Shown here one piece after another: positions 52,751-61,020 of a stretch of DNA of 61,020 nt (position 1 is the first letter of the stretch; every line of letters begins with the position of its first letter). The stretch is from an uncultured Alphaproteobacteria bacterium (GTDB lineage: Bacteria > Pseudomonadota > Alphaproteobacteria > RF32 > CAG-239). Position numbers and translations under genes: made by a program. The DNA is taken from NCBI GenBank assembly GCA_944390265.1, contig CALXPK010000043.1, positions 1 through 61,020 on the forward strand, read 5' to 3'. The notes beneath the pieces were generated by a model that was not told the origin of the DNA, made no database searches, and worked only from the letters and a program-made list of their open reading frames with translations.

Positions 52751-53329
52751 TTAAAACCTTTCAAAGGTTTGATAAAGCGCTCCGATTTGGTGCATGGCTT
52801 TTAATATTTTTTGGGCCAGCGCTTCGCTTTGCACTTTTTTGTATTTGAACGATTTTACCACAAATAATGCCAAACCACTATATTCGGCTATCAATTCATC
52901 ATTAGTGCAAATTGAAAAATCTGGCTCTTGTAAAGCACTTATTTTTTCGCCAATGCTGTTTATGCCCTCAAATATGCGCTTGTACCTGATTTTGGTCGGT
53001 TTGCGCACATAGCTCTCATATTCTCGCAAATGCAAATATGGAATGCTCGTTTCTTTCGATAATAATCGAAAATCCGGCATAAGCGCCAATACAGCATATA
53101 AGCTGTAACGATAACAAATTTCATACTCCCCTTTCAAAATTTCGGGATAGGCATATTTGCTGATTTGACAATACAATTTGTGATTTTGAATTGCATTTTC
53201 CAATTCGGCAAACAAGGTTGTTATATGCGCCTCTCTGATTTGAAAACGATGAAACCCTTTTACCGCTGCACTAAACTTTCCGTCAAAATATCCAACATAG
53301 ACATATAGACGATTTCCACTCTTTTCCAT
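52751..53329 (-). CDS. Hypothetical cytoplasmic protein (192 aa)
   Basis: It is the only long ORF in this interval and is followed by a hairpin terminator at about 52700-52740. I recognise no motifs. Confidence 0.5.
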   Translation of the reverse strand: MEKSGNRLYVYVGYFDGKFSAAVKGFHRFQIREAHITTLFAELENAIQNHKLYCQISKYAYPEILKGEYEICYRYSLYAVLALMPDFRLLSKETSIPYLHLREYESYVRKPTKIRYKRIFEGINSIGEKISALQEPDFSICTNDELIAEYSGLALFVVKSFKYKKVQSEALAQKILKAMHQIGALYQTFERF

Positions 53330-53421
53330 AAAATAATTTTTTTAAATTAGACAATAAATAATTTTTTAGATGGGTTTAATTTATGCCGCCTTTTCTTTTT
53401 TGTCAATATTTTGTTTATTAC

Positions 53422-53452
53422 AAAAAAAAGCACCCCTTAAAGAGGTGCTTTT
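53422..53452 (-). terminator. Rho-independent terminator downstream of tsf
   Basis: AGCACC (53429-53434) pairs with GGTGCT (53444-53449), with an 8-nt T-run on the minus strand. Confidence 0.7.
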
Positions 53453-53478
53453 GGTGTCTGAAAAACAATCTCTATAAA

Positions 53479-54405
53479 TTATTTTTTCAATTGAGCGGCA
53501 ACTTCGGCAGCGAAGTCTTCTTCTTTCTTTTGCAAGCCTTCACCCAAACGGAAGCAGACATAGCCTTTCAAAACAATGTCAGTACCAAGCTCTTTAGCGG
53601 CATCGGCAATAACTTGTTTGACCTTCTTGTCCGGATCCATAATGTAGGCTTGTTCTTCCAAAACAACTTCGTCATAATATTTGCGAATGCGGCCTTCAAC
53701 CATTTTTTCAATGATGTTGGCCGGTTTGCCGGAAGCAGCAGCTTGCTCGGAAAAGATGGCTCTTTCGTGTTCAACCGCGGCCGGATCAACATCGGCAATG
53801 GTTTGGAACAGAGGCGCAGAAGCGGCAATGTGCATGGCAATGTGCTTGCCAAGCTCTGCCAATTTGGCTTTGTCACCTTTAGATTCCAAAGCAACCAAAA
53901 CACCGATTTTACCAAGGTTCGGAGCGGCAGCATTGTGAATGTATGAAGCGACAACACCGTCTTTGACTTCCAAAGTGGCGGCACGACGCAAGTTCATGTT
54001 TTCACCAATCTTAGCAATCAAGTCGGTCAAGCGTTCTTCAAAAGATTTGTGAACTTTCGGGCATTGGAAAGTTTTCATGTCGCAAAGTTCGCCATTGTTC
54101 ATCAAAGCAACCAAAGCGGCATCAGCAACATATTCTTGGAAAAGTTCGTTTTTAGCAACGAAGTCGGTTTCGGAGTTAACCTCAACGATGGCGCCTTTGT
54201 TGCCTTCAACAGCAACGGCAACCAAACCTTCGGCAGCAATACGGCTGGCTTTTTTGGCGGCAGAAGCCAAACCTTTTTTGCGCAACCAGTCAACAGCTGC
54301 TTCCATATCTCCGTTGCATTCGGTCAGGGCTTTTTTGCAGTCCAACATACCTGCACTGGTGGTTTCGCGCAGTTCTTTTACCATAGCGGCTGTAATATTT
54401 GTCAT
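53479..54405 (-). CDS. tsf: Translation elongation factor Ts
   Basis: ITAAMVKELRETTSAGMLDCKKAL...EVNSETDFVAKN. Confidence 0.95.
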   Translation of the reverse strand: MTNITAAMVKELRETTSAGMLDCKKALTECNGDMEAAVDWLRKKGLASAAKKASRIAAEGLVAVAVEGNKGAIVEVNSETDFVAKNELFQEYVADAALVALMNNGELCDMKTFQCPKVHKSFEERLTDLIAKIGENMNLRRAATLEVKDGVVASYIHNAAAPNLGKIGVLVALESKGDKAKLAELGKHIAMHIAASAPLFQTIADVDPAAVEHERAIFSEQAAASGKPANIIEKMVEGRIRKYYDEVVLEEQAYIMDPDKKVKQVIADAAKELGTDIVLKGYVCFRLGEGLQKKEEDFAAEVAAQLKK

Positions 54406-54507
54406 GAATTAAATCCTTTTAAGATATTTTTGAGTGCGGCGGTATCTTAGCTATTTCTAAAACACCGCCGCGTTTTGATGAAATTTATAAATCTTAAAGT
54501 TTATAAA

Positions 54508-55299
54508 TTATTCTTCGGTTTTGGCAGCTTTTTTAGAAGCTCTTTTTTTCGGAGCTTTTTCAGCGGCAGCTTCAACCATCTCGTCTACTTTAACGCCTTG
54601 AGCAGCGATTTCGGCTTGCATACCGTCCAAAATAGCGCTTGATACGAGCTCAGAGTAGAATTGGATGGCGCGGATGGCATCATCGTTACCCGGAACAGCA
54701 TAGTCAACGGCATAAGGATCTGAGTTTGTATCGCAAATACCGATTACAGGAATGCCCAGTTTTTTGGCTTCTTTAATGGCCAAACTTTCTTTCGGAGTGT
54801 CAATGACGAACAACAAATCCGGTTGACCGCCCATGTTCATGATACCGCCCAATTCAGCATTCAATTTTTCTTGTTCTTTTTTCAAGTTCAAGATTTCTTT
54901 TTTGGTGTAGCCTTCATAAGCGTTCTTTTCAGACATTTCATTGAGCTTTACCAAACGAGAAATTGATTTGTAAACGGTTTTCCAGTTGGTGAGCATACCA
55001 CCCAACCAACGGTGATTTACATAATATTGACCGCAACGCTCAGCATTTTCTTTGATGATGTCTTGAGCTTGTCTTTTGGTGCCGACGAACAATACTTTAC
55101 CGCCGTTGGCTGCAATTTCACGTGCAGCGTTCAATGCGGTGTAGAGCATCGGGTAAGTTTTTTGCAAGTCAATGATATGAATGTTATCTTTTTTGCCGTA
55201 AATAAACGGAGCCATTTTCGGGTTCCAACGACGAGCGTGGTGTCCGAAGTGTACGCCAGCTTCAATCATCTGACGCATTGTAAAAGTCGGAAGTGACAT
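54508..55299 (-). CDS. rpsB: 30S ribosomal protein S2
   Basis: Preferred start is [20 protein letters not shown] at 55299. Later motifs are FVGTKRQAQ and [19 protein letters not shown]. Confidence 0.95.
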   Translation of the reverse strand: MSLPTFTMRQMIEAGVHFGHHARRWNPKMAPFIYGKKDNIHIIDLQKTYPMLYTALNAAREIAANGGKVLFVGTKRQAQDIIKENAERCGQYYVNHRWLGGMLTNWKTVYKSISRLVKLNEMSEKNAYEGYTKKEILNLKKEQEKLNAELGGIMNMGGQPDLLFVIDTPKESLAIKEAKKLGIPVIGICDTNSDPYAVDYAVPGNDDAIRAIQFYSELVSSAILDGMQAEIAAQGVKVDEMVEAAAEKAPKKRASKKAAKTEE

Positions 55300-55589
55300 A
55301 TTTTTATTTTCCTTTTTCCGGTTAAACCTCCGCAAGCTCTTTGGTTGATTATCAACACCGGAGTGAGGCTTAAAAAGCAGCCCCCGCAGCTTGCGTGTGA
55401 GTTATAAGAGCGCACCATGCACCCTTTTCGATGACTCTTTTATACTATCTGTTTATAAATGCAAGAGTTTTTTGCTCTTAAATGCGTTTTTTTGCAAAAA
55501 TTGATTTTTGTTTGTATTTTGCGCTTAAGGCTTGATTTTCGTAAGTGTTTGCGCTATCTTGCCCCTAGTTTTTGAATTTAGAGGATAAG

Positions 55590-57584
55590 ATGAGCGATTT
55601 ATTTGATAGTAATGCCGTAAACAACATTGTGCAGGAATACAGCGCCCAAAGCATTGAAGTTTTGGAAGGTTTGGAGCCGGTCAGACATCGCCCCGGTATG
55701 TATATCGGCGGCACCGATGAAACCGCCCTGCACCATCTTGTGGCTGAGATTTTGGACAACTCCATGGATGAGGCCGTTGCCGGCTTTGCCACCAAAATTG
55801 ATGTATCGCTCCATGCCGACTACTCCATCACCATCACCGATAACGGCCGCGGAATCCCTGTTGACCCACACCCGAAATATCCCAACATGTCTGCTTTGGA
55901 AGTGATTATGACCATGCTTCACTCCGGCGGCAAGTTTGGCGGCGGCGCTTACAAAGTTTCCGGCGGTTTGCACGGTGTGGGCTTGTCGGTTGTGAACGCT
56001 CTTTCCGAAAAGCTGGTGGTAGAAATTGCCCGCGATAAAAAACTTTATCGTCAGGAATATTCCCGCGGCAAACCCGTTACCCCGCTCGAGCTTATTGGCA
56101 ATGCGCCGAATCGTCGCGGCACCTCGATTACTTTTAAACCCGATCCGGAGATTTTCGGTGTGACCTCTAATCTGCAGCCGAATCGAATCTATCGTATGGC
56201 ACGCTCTAAGGCTTTCCTCTTCAAAGGAATCCACATCAACTGGAAATGTGCGCCCGAGATTTTGACTGACGGTGACATGACGCCGCCCGAAGCGGAACTC
56301 AATTTCCCCAACGGTTTGCGCGATTTCTTGAATTATCAAATCGGGGCACGTCCGACCATCAACCGCACCATGTTCTCGGGTGAAGCTGATTTGGCCAATG
56401 ACGAGGGCAAGGTGGAATGGGCCATCACTTGGCCGGAAGATGAAAACGGCTTTTGTCACTCTTATTGCAACACGGTTATCACCCCGCAAGGCGGTACGCA
56501 TGAAATGGGCTTCAAAGCCGCTCTTTTGCGTGGGCTCAAAGAATATGGCGATATGGCCAATGTGAAAAAAGCCGCCAACATCACCGCCGAAGACTTCTTG
56601 AGCGATGCCTGCATTATGCTTTCAGTTTTTATCCGCGACCCGCAATTTCAAGGCCAAACCAAAGATAAGCTCACTTCCAACAAGGCTGTGCGCCTCGTTG
56701 AACAGGCCGTGAAAGACTCTTTTGACCACTGGCTCACTTCCGATACCGAAAATGCCAATGCTCTTCTTGAATATGTGCTTGACCGTGCCGATGCGCGCAA
56801 AAGGAAAAAAGAAGAAAAAGTACAGAATCGTAAAACGCCGACCAAGAAACTCCGCCTGCCGGGTAAACTGGCTGATTGCTCGCAAGCAGCGGCCGAAGGT
56901 ACCGAAATTTTCATTGTTGAGGGAGATTCCGCCGGCGGTTCAGCCAAACAGGGACGCGACCGCTTTACCCAAGCCATTCTTCCTTTGCGCGGCAAAATTT
57001 TGAACGTGGCCAGCGCCTCTCTTGATAAGATTATGCAAAACCAAGAGATTAAAGATATGTGCGAGGCTTTGGGTTGCGGCACCAAAGAAAACTACAAAGA
57101 AGAAAATTTGCGCTATGAAAAAATCATCATCATGACCGATGCCGATGTGGACGGTGCGCATATTGCCTCCCTTCTCATGACGTTTTTCTACCAACAAATG
57201 CCCAAGCTGATTGAAAACGGACACCTCTTTATTGCGACCCCGCCCTTGTATAAAATTGTGGTCGGCAACCAGAACTATTATGCTTTGGATGATGACGACA
57301 AAGACCGAATCCTCAAAAAAGTGGTGAAAGGCAACCAAAAACCCGATATCAGCCGCTTCAAAGGTTTGGGCGAAATGAGCGCACAACAGCTCAAAGAAAC
57401 CACTATGGATAAAAAGAATCGTATGCTGCTTAAAGTTCTCATCCCTTCCACCAACACCGAAGAAGGCAAAGAAGAGGCTTTTGAAACCCGCCGCCAAGTG
57501 GAGCGCCTGATGGGCAAGAATCCGGAAACACGTTTCAAATTTATTATTGAACGCGCGAAATTTGTTGATGATTTGGATATCTGA
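55590..57584 (+). CDS. parE: DNA topoisomerase IV subunit B (664 aa)
   Basis: GHKL ATPase motifs (LEPVRHRPGMYIGG, EILDNSMDE, DNGRGIP, GGLHGVG), Toprim EIFIVEGDSAGGSA and IIMTDADVDGAHI. It lacks the long GyrB insertion and has a length typical of alphaproteobacterial ParE. Confidence 0.8.
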   Translation: MSDLFDSNAVNNIVQEYSAQSIEVLEGLEPVRHRPGMYIGGTDETALHHLVAEILDNSMDEAVAGFATKIDVSLHADYSITITDNGRGIPVDPHPKYPNMSALEVIMTMLHSGGKFGGGAYKVSGGLHGVGLSVVNALSEKLVVEIARDKKLYRQEYSRGKPVTPLELIGNAPNRRGTSITFKPDPEIFGVTSNLQPNRIYRMARSKAFLFKGIHINWKCAPEILTDGDMTPPEAELNFPNGLRDFLNYQIGARPTINRTMFSGEADLANDEGKVEWAITWPEDENGFCHSYCNTVITPQGGTHEMGFKAALLRGLKEYGDMANVKKAANITAEDFLSDACIMLSVFIRDPQFQGQTKDKLTSNKAVRLVEQAVKDSFDHWLTSDTENANALLEYVLDRADARKRKKEEKVQNRKTPTKKLRLPGKLADCSQAAAEGTEIFIVEGDSAGGSAKQGRDRFTQAILPLRGKILNVASASLDKIMQNQEIKDMCEALGCGTKENYKEENLRYEKIIIMTDADVDGAHIASLLMTFFYQQMPKLIENGHLFIATPPLYKIVVGNQNYYALDDDDKDRILKKVVKGNQKPDISRFKGLGEMSAQQLKETTMDKKNRMLLKVLIPSTNTEEGKEEAFETRRQVERLMGKNPETRFKFIIERAKFVDDLDI

Positions 57585-58045
57585 TGATTAGAAAAGCCAC
57601 ACACGCCGATATGGATAAAATTATGCAGCTTTGGCTTGAGGCCAACACCAAAGCTCATGATTTTATTGCCCCTTCTTATTGGCAGAAACATTTTGACGAA
57701 GTGAAAAACCACTATCTGCCGCAAGCCGAAACCTTTGTTTATGAAGACAGACACCAGCTCAAAGGTTTTATCTCCCTTCTCTTGGATAATTTTGTCGGGG
57801 CGCTGTTTGTTGACCCGCGCTATCAGCGCCAAAATATCGGCACCAAACTTTTGGATTATGCCCGCAAACAAAAATCTTCGCTCAACCTCAAGGTTTATGC
57901 GCAAAACCTATCGGCGATTAAATTTTATCAGAAAAATGACTTCAAAATTTTGGCAGAAAAATATGACGAATCCGCTCAAAGCAAAGAGCTTATTATGGGC
58001 TGGATGAAGGGTGCCAAAAATCCTTTTCTTAACAAAGCCTCATAA
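57584..58045 (+). CDS. GNAT family N-acetyltransferase
   Basis: VDPRYQRQNIGTKLLDYA acetyl-CoA motif. It overlaps parE by ATGA. Confidence 0.75.
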   Translation: MIRKATHADMDKIMQLWLEANTKAHDFIAPSYWQKHFDEVKNHYLPQAETFVYEDRHQLKGFISLLLDNFVGALFVDPRYQRQNIGTKLLDYARKQKSSLNLKVYAQNLSAIKFYQKNDFKILAEKYDESAQSKELIMGWMKGAKNPFLNKAS

Positions 58046-58092
58046 AAAAGGTTCTGCTTTTATTTTTTTCTTAAAAGCCAGAACCTCTTTTT

Positions 58093-58272
58093 TTACCTTT
58101 TTCGACGTTGTTTGATTTTATAAAAACCAATACAGCATAAGATTAAGACCGCAGACAAAGTTGCACAAAGAACAATCTTTTGGTCTTCCACCCAAAGAAA
58201 ATCACCATCACAACTTGTCAACAAAAGCAAAATCAGGCAACAGATGATTGCCAGTAAAATTTTGTGAGACAT
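58093..58272 (-). CDS. Small membrane/lipoprotein-like ORF (59 aa), below the track cut-off
   Basis: My translation is MSHKILLAIICCLILLLLTSCDGDFLWVEDQKIVLCATLSAVLILCCIGFYKIKQRRKR. It has a lipobox-like LLTSC plus a second hydrophobic helix. Confidence 0.35.
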   Translation of the reverse strand: MSHKILLAIICCLILLLLTSCDGDFLWVEDQKIVLCATLSAVLILCCIGFYKIKQRRKR

Positions 58273-58402
58273 AATCTTAATATTTTTAATAGTGATAATT
58301 ATTTCTTAGTGTTTTCAGCCTAACAATTTCATTTATTTTCCGCAAGCAAAAAAAAGTGTTTGACACTTTAAAAAACTTTCTCTATATTGCAAAACGTCGT
58401 TG

Positions 58403-58478
<76 letters not shown>

Positions 58479-58538
58479 TTTTCCTAAAACGCCGCCTTTG
58501 CTCCTTTGTGCGGCGTTTTTTTCTATCATCTGTCATGT

Positions 58539-58614
58539 GGGGCTATAGCTCAGTTGGGAGAGCGATTGGTTCGCAATCAATAGGTCAGGAGTTCGATCCT
58601 CCTTAGCTCCACCA
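58539..58614 (+). tRNA. tRNA-Ala (anticodon CGC)
   Basis: Acceptor GGGGCTA/TAGCTCC with G3:U70, anticodon loop TTCGCAA, T-arm CAGGAGTTCGATCCTCCT, and an encoded CCA. Confidence 0.9.
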
Positions 58615-58837
58615 AATTTTTTTATTTCATAATTTGAGGATCGAACCAAGGTTCGTCTGGCTCATAAGCTCAAGTTTTCAAGCTGGTGGCAGCTTGACCC
58701 CACAAACACGGCGTGTTTGACGGCAAAAATGTGCTTGGGCTCACCGAAATCAACCTTGGCAACCTCCACCAAATTGCCCGCGCGTTTGATATGAAGGTTG
58801 AATTTTTTCTCGAAACAGCTTAAAAATTCTTGACTCT

Positions 58838-58882
58838 TACCCCTAGGGGGTATATCCCTAATATATACCCCTTGAGGGTATA
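58838..58882 (+). promoter_or_regulatory. Two CsoR-type palindromic operators upstream of the metallothionein-like gene
   Basis: The operators are TACCCCTAGGGGGTA (58838-58852) and TATACCCCTTGAGGGTATA (58864-58882). TTGACT at 58830-58835 is a possible -35 element. The RBS AAGGAG lies at 58892-58897. Confidence 0.65.
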
Positions 58883-58905
58883 TTTAACTATAAGGAGAAT
58901 TTATC

Positions 58906-59097
58906 ATGACAAAATGCAAAAACCCTGATTGTACTTGTGAAAACTGCACCTGCGGCGACAATTGCCAATGCGGCAAAGACGGTTGCCACTGCGGCGAGCA
59001 TTGCTCTTGCGGGGAACACTGCACCTGCGGTGATAACTGCCAATGTACCGAAGATAATAAATGCTGCCCCGAATGCACCTGCGGACACAAAAAATAA
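58906..59097 (+). CDS. Cys-rich metallothionein-like peptide (63 aa, 19 Cys, 4 His)
   Basis: MTKCKNPDCTCENCTCGDNCQCGKDGCHCGEHCSCGEHCTCGDNCQCTEDNKCCPECTCGHKK has an iterated CxCG(D/E)(N/H) unit. It has a good RBS and is followed 12 nt later by csoR. Confidence 0.7.
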   Translation: MTKCKNPDCTCENCTCGDNCQCGKDGCHCGEHCSCGEHCTCGDNCQCTEDNKCCPECTCGHKK

Positions 59098-59109
59098 GAA
59101 GAAAAAATC

Positions 59110-59382
59110 ATGGAACAACATCCTAACCATTTGGAAAATATTCCGCGTTTGAACCGAATCGTCGGTCAGATTGAAGGCATTAAAAAAATGATTGAGGAAG
59201 GCCGCTATTGCCCTGATATCATATACCAACTGCGGGCCGTTCGTTCTGCGGTCAAGGCCGTGGAATCCAACATTTTGCAAAAACATTTGCAGACTTGTGT
59301 GGCTCAATCTTTTGCCTCAACCGAAGATAAAGACAAAAAAATTGAAGAACTGAAAAACTTGTTCAACCGCTTTGATGATTAG
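59110..59382 (+). CDS. csoR: CsoR/RcnR-family metal-sensing transcriptional repressor (90 aa)
   Basis: RLNRIVGQIEGIKKMIEEGRYCPDIIYQLRAVRSAVKAVESNILQKHLQTC carries the C-H-C ligand pattern (YCPD...KHLQTC) expected for Cu(I)-type CsoR. Confidence 0.8.
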   Translation: MEQHPNHLENIPRLNRIVGQIEGIKKMIEEGRYCPDIIYQLRAVRSAVKAVESNILQKHLQTCVAQSFASTEDKDKKIEELKNLFNRFDD

Positions 59383-59396
59383 AAAGGATATAAACA

Positions 59397-60185
59397 ATGC
59401 AATTTCAACAAATTCGCGGTGCCACGGTCAAACTCAACTTTGCCGGAACATCTTTTCTGATTGACCCGTTTTTTGCTCCCAAAGATGCTTATCCGCCACT
59501 TTCAGCCTGCCATCATCCCAATTTGCGTTGGCCGACCGCGGAACTCCCCTTGCCCACGCAAGAGATTGTCAAAGATGTGGATGCCGTTATCATCACCCAC
59601 CTGCACCCCGACCATTTGGATGAGTTTGCCATTAAGGCCCTGCCCAAAAATTTGCCGATTTTTGCCCAAGATGAAACCGATGCCGAAGTTATTCGCCAAT
59701 TGGGCTTTGCCGATGTGCGGGTTTTGAGCTATGACGGCACAGACTTTAACCAAGTCAAGCTCACGCGAATTGATTGTTTGCACGGGCATCCCGAAACCAC
59801 GCAAAAATATTATGATATGATGAACCTGCGCGGCACCGCCAGCGGCATTATCTTTTCAGCCCCAAATGAACCCGTGTTTTATTTGGCCGGTGACACTATC
59901 TGGTTTGACAAAGTGGCACAGGCGATTGAAAAATATCAGCCGCAGATTATCGCCCTGAATGCTGCAGATGCGCAGTTTACCGACAGCTGGTCCATCATCA
60001 TGAATGAAGCAGACATCCTAAAGGTTGTTCAAGCCGCGCCCAAAGCCAAAATCGTCATCACGCATATGGACGCCGTGCCGCACGCCATGCTCACTCGTCA
60101 AGATGTGAAAAAAATGGTTGCAAAATATAATCTATCGGCGCAAATATTAATTCCGGAAGACGGAGAAATTTTATCTCTGCGCTAA
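59397..60185 (+). CDS. MBL-fold metallo-hydrolase (262 aa)
   Basis: AVIITHLHPDHLD (HxHxDH-like) and later histidines (CLHGHPE, ITHMD). Confidence 0.65.
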   Translation: MQFQQIRGATVKLNFAGTSFLIDPFFAPKDAYPPLSACHHPNLRWPTAELPLPTQEIVKDVDAVIITHLHPDHLDEFAIKALPKNLPIFAQDETDAEVIRQLGFADVRVLSYDGTDFNQVKLTRIDCLHGHPETTQKYYDMMNLRGTASGIIFSAPNEPVFYLAGDTIWFDKVAQAIEKYQPQIIALNAADAQFTDSWSIIMNEADILKVVQAAPKAKIVITHMDAVPHAMLTRQDVKKMVAKYNLSAQILIPEDGEILSLR

Positions 60186-60218
60186 ACAAAAATGTTGATA
60201 TAAAAATAAGGACAAATT

Positions 60219-61020
60219 ATGGCTACTTTGGATCAACTCCCTAAAGGCAGAACAGCCGTGATTGAGGCTGTTTTGGGACAAAAAGACGCTTTGCGCAGAC
60301 ATCTTTTGGAAATGGGGCTCACCCCCGGAACGGAAATTACTTTGATTAAAGCCGCTCCGCTCGGCGACCCGCTTGAGTTCAAAATTCGTGGATACGAACT
60401 CACTTTGCGTTTGAAAGATGCGCAAAATATCAAAATTAAAGATATTCACAAAGCCGCGCCGGTCAAAGAAAAAGCCCCGATGCCAACCCCGATTTTCAAT
60501 GCTCGCAAGGGAGAGAATCCGGAACTCCACCTCAAACGCAGCGGTAATGTCATCCCTGAAGATGCGCCGTTGCTCTTTGCCCTGATTGGCAACCAAAACT
60601 GCGGTAAGACCACGCTTTTTAACCAACTCACCGGTGCCAACCAACATGTGGGCAATTTTCCCGGTGTGACGGTTGACCGCACGGATGGAATCGTCCGCGG
60701 ATACCCCAACGTTACCGTGACCGATTTGCCGGGGGTTTATTCCCTCTCGCCTTATACCAAAGAAGAACTAGTCACACGTGAGTTTTTGCTCAAAGAACAC
60801 CCGAACGCCATTATCAATATCTTAGATGCCTCCAACATTGAGCGCAGCCTCTTTTTGACCATGCAGCTCTTGGAACTGCGAATCCCGATGGTGATTGCCC
60901 TCAATATGATGGATGAAATCCGTCTGAACGGTGCCGCCATTGATATCAACCGCTTGGAAACCATTCTCGGCGTGCCGGTGATTCCGATTTCCGCCCTCAA
61001 AGATGAAGGTGTGCATGAGT
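60219..61020 (+). CDS. feoB: FeoA-FeoB fusion ferrous iron transporter, N-terminal part (runs off the right edge)
   Basis: Not in the ORF track because its end is open. My translation is MATLDQLPKGRTAVIEAVLGQKDALRRHLLEMGLTPGTEITLIKAAPLGDPLEFKIRGYELTLR (FeoA/SH3-like), then a linker, then the G-domain FALIGNQNCGKTTLFNQLTG...VTDLPGVYSL...VIALNMMDE. Confidence 0.85.
   Translation, partial: MATLDQLPKGRTAVIEAVLGQKDALRRHLLEMGLTPGTEITLIKAAPLGDPLEFKIRGYELTLRLKDAQNIKIKDIHKAAPVKEKAPMPTPIFNARKGENPELHLKRSGNVIPEDAPLLFALIGNQNCGKTTLFNQLTGANQHVGNFPGVTVDRTDGIVRGYPNVTVTDLPGVYSLSPYTKEELVTREFLLKEHPNAIINILDASNIERSLFLTMQLLELRIPMVIALNMMDEIRLNGAAIDINRLETILGVPVIPISALKDEGVHE

Noticed and set aside
55599-56501. 300-aa minus-strand ORF
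   Set aside because: It is antisense to parE and is a mirror-frame artefact.
55590-57584. GyrB as the alternative identity of the type IIA topoisomerase B subunit
   Set aside because: The protein is 664 aa and lacks the long insertion that makes proteobacterial GyrB about 800 aa. ParE is more likely, though this is not proven without phylogeny.

Overview
The window looks like a moderately AT-rich alphaproteobacterium-like genome. The evidence is alpha-type S1, EF-Ts, S2 and ParE, plus DUF1058 SH3 and ELM1-family proteins. No similarity search was possible, so every call rests on motifs read by eye from the ORF track and my own translations.

The left ~27 kb is accessory and holds two divergently transcribed surface-machinery loci. 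(1) On the minus strand (1-13760) is a VirB-type type IV secretion operon. It has three VirB2-like pilin paralogs, one with a ~290-aa repeat-bearing C-terminal extension. These are followed by VirB3, VirB4 and six consecutive Sec-signal coiled-coil proteins, including a 1225-aa giant. That interval is where VirB5/B6/B7 are expected, and no polytopic VirB6 is visible. A VirB8-like gene is cut by the left edge. (2) On the plus strand (14061-26796) is an R64-type (type IVb, thin-pilus-like) cluster in the order pilL-N-O-P-Q-R. It continues with a pilin-fold paralog, two tandem prepilins and a PilT/DotB-like ATPase. No prepilin peptidase, shufflon, relaxase, coupling protein, integrase or transposase is visible in the window.

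Next comes a three-gene vWA(TerY)-PP2C-Ser/Thr kinase triad (28048-30953), which is TerY-P-like. The remaining ~30 kb is mostly housekeeping and metabolic: gpt, TlpA-like redoxin, NMO-like oxidoreductase, M20 peptidase, porin, a sugar kinase/transporter cluster, a DnaJ-class protein, rpsA, cmk, rsmE, tsf, rpsB and parE. It also contains four tRNAs, a LuxR-type response regulator with an Hpt protein and an RquA-like methyltransferase, an ankyrin-repeat membrane protein inside the cmk-rpsA unit, and Tyr-rich repeat proteins. After two tRNA-Ala genes there is a small metal-homeostasis cluster. It consists of a 19-Cys metallothionein-like peptide behind two CsoR-type palindromic operators, csoR, an MBL-fold hydrolase and a FeoA-FeoB fusion that runs off the right edge.
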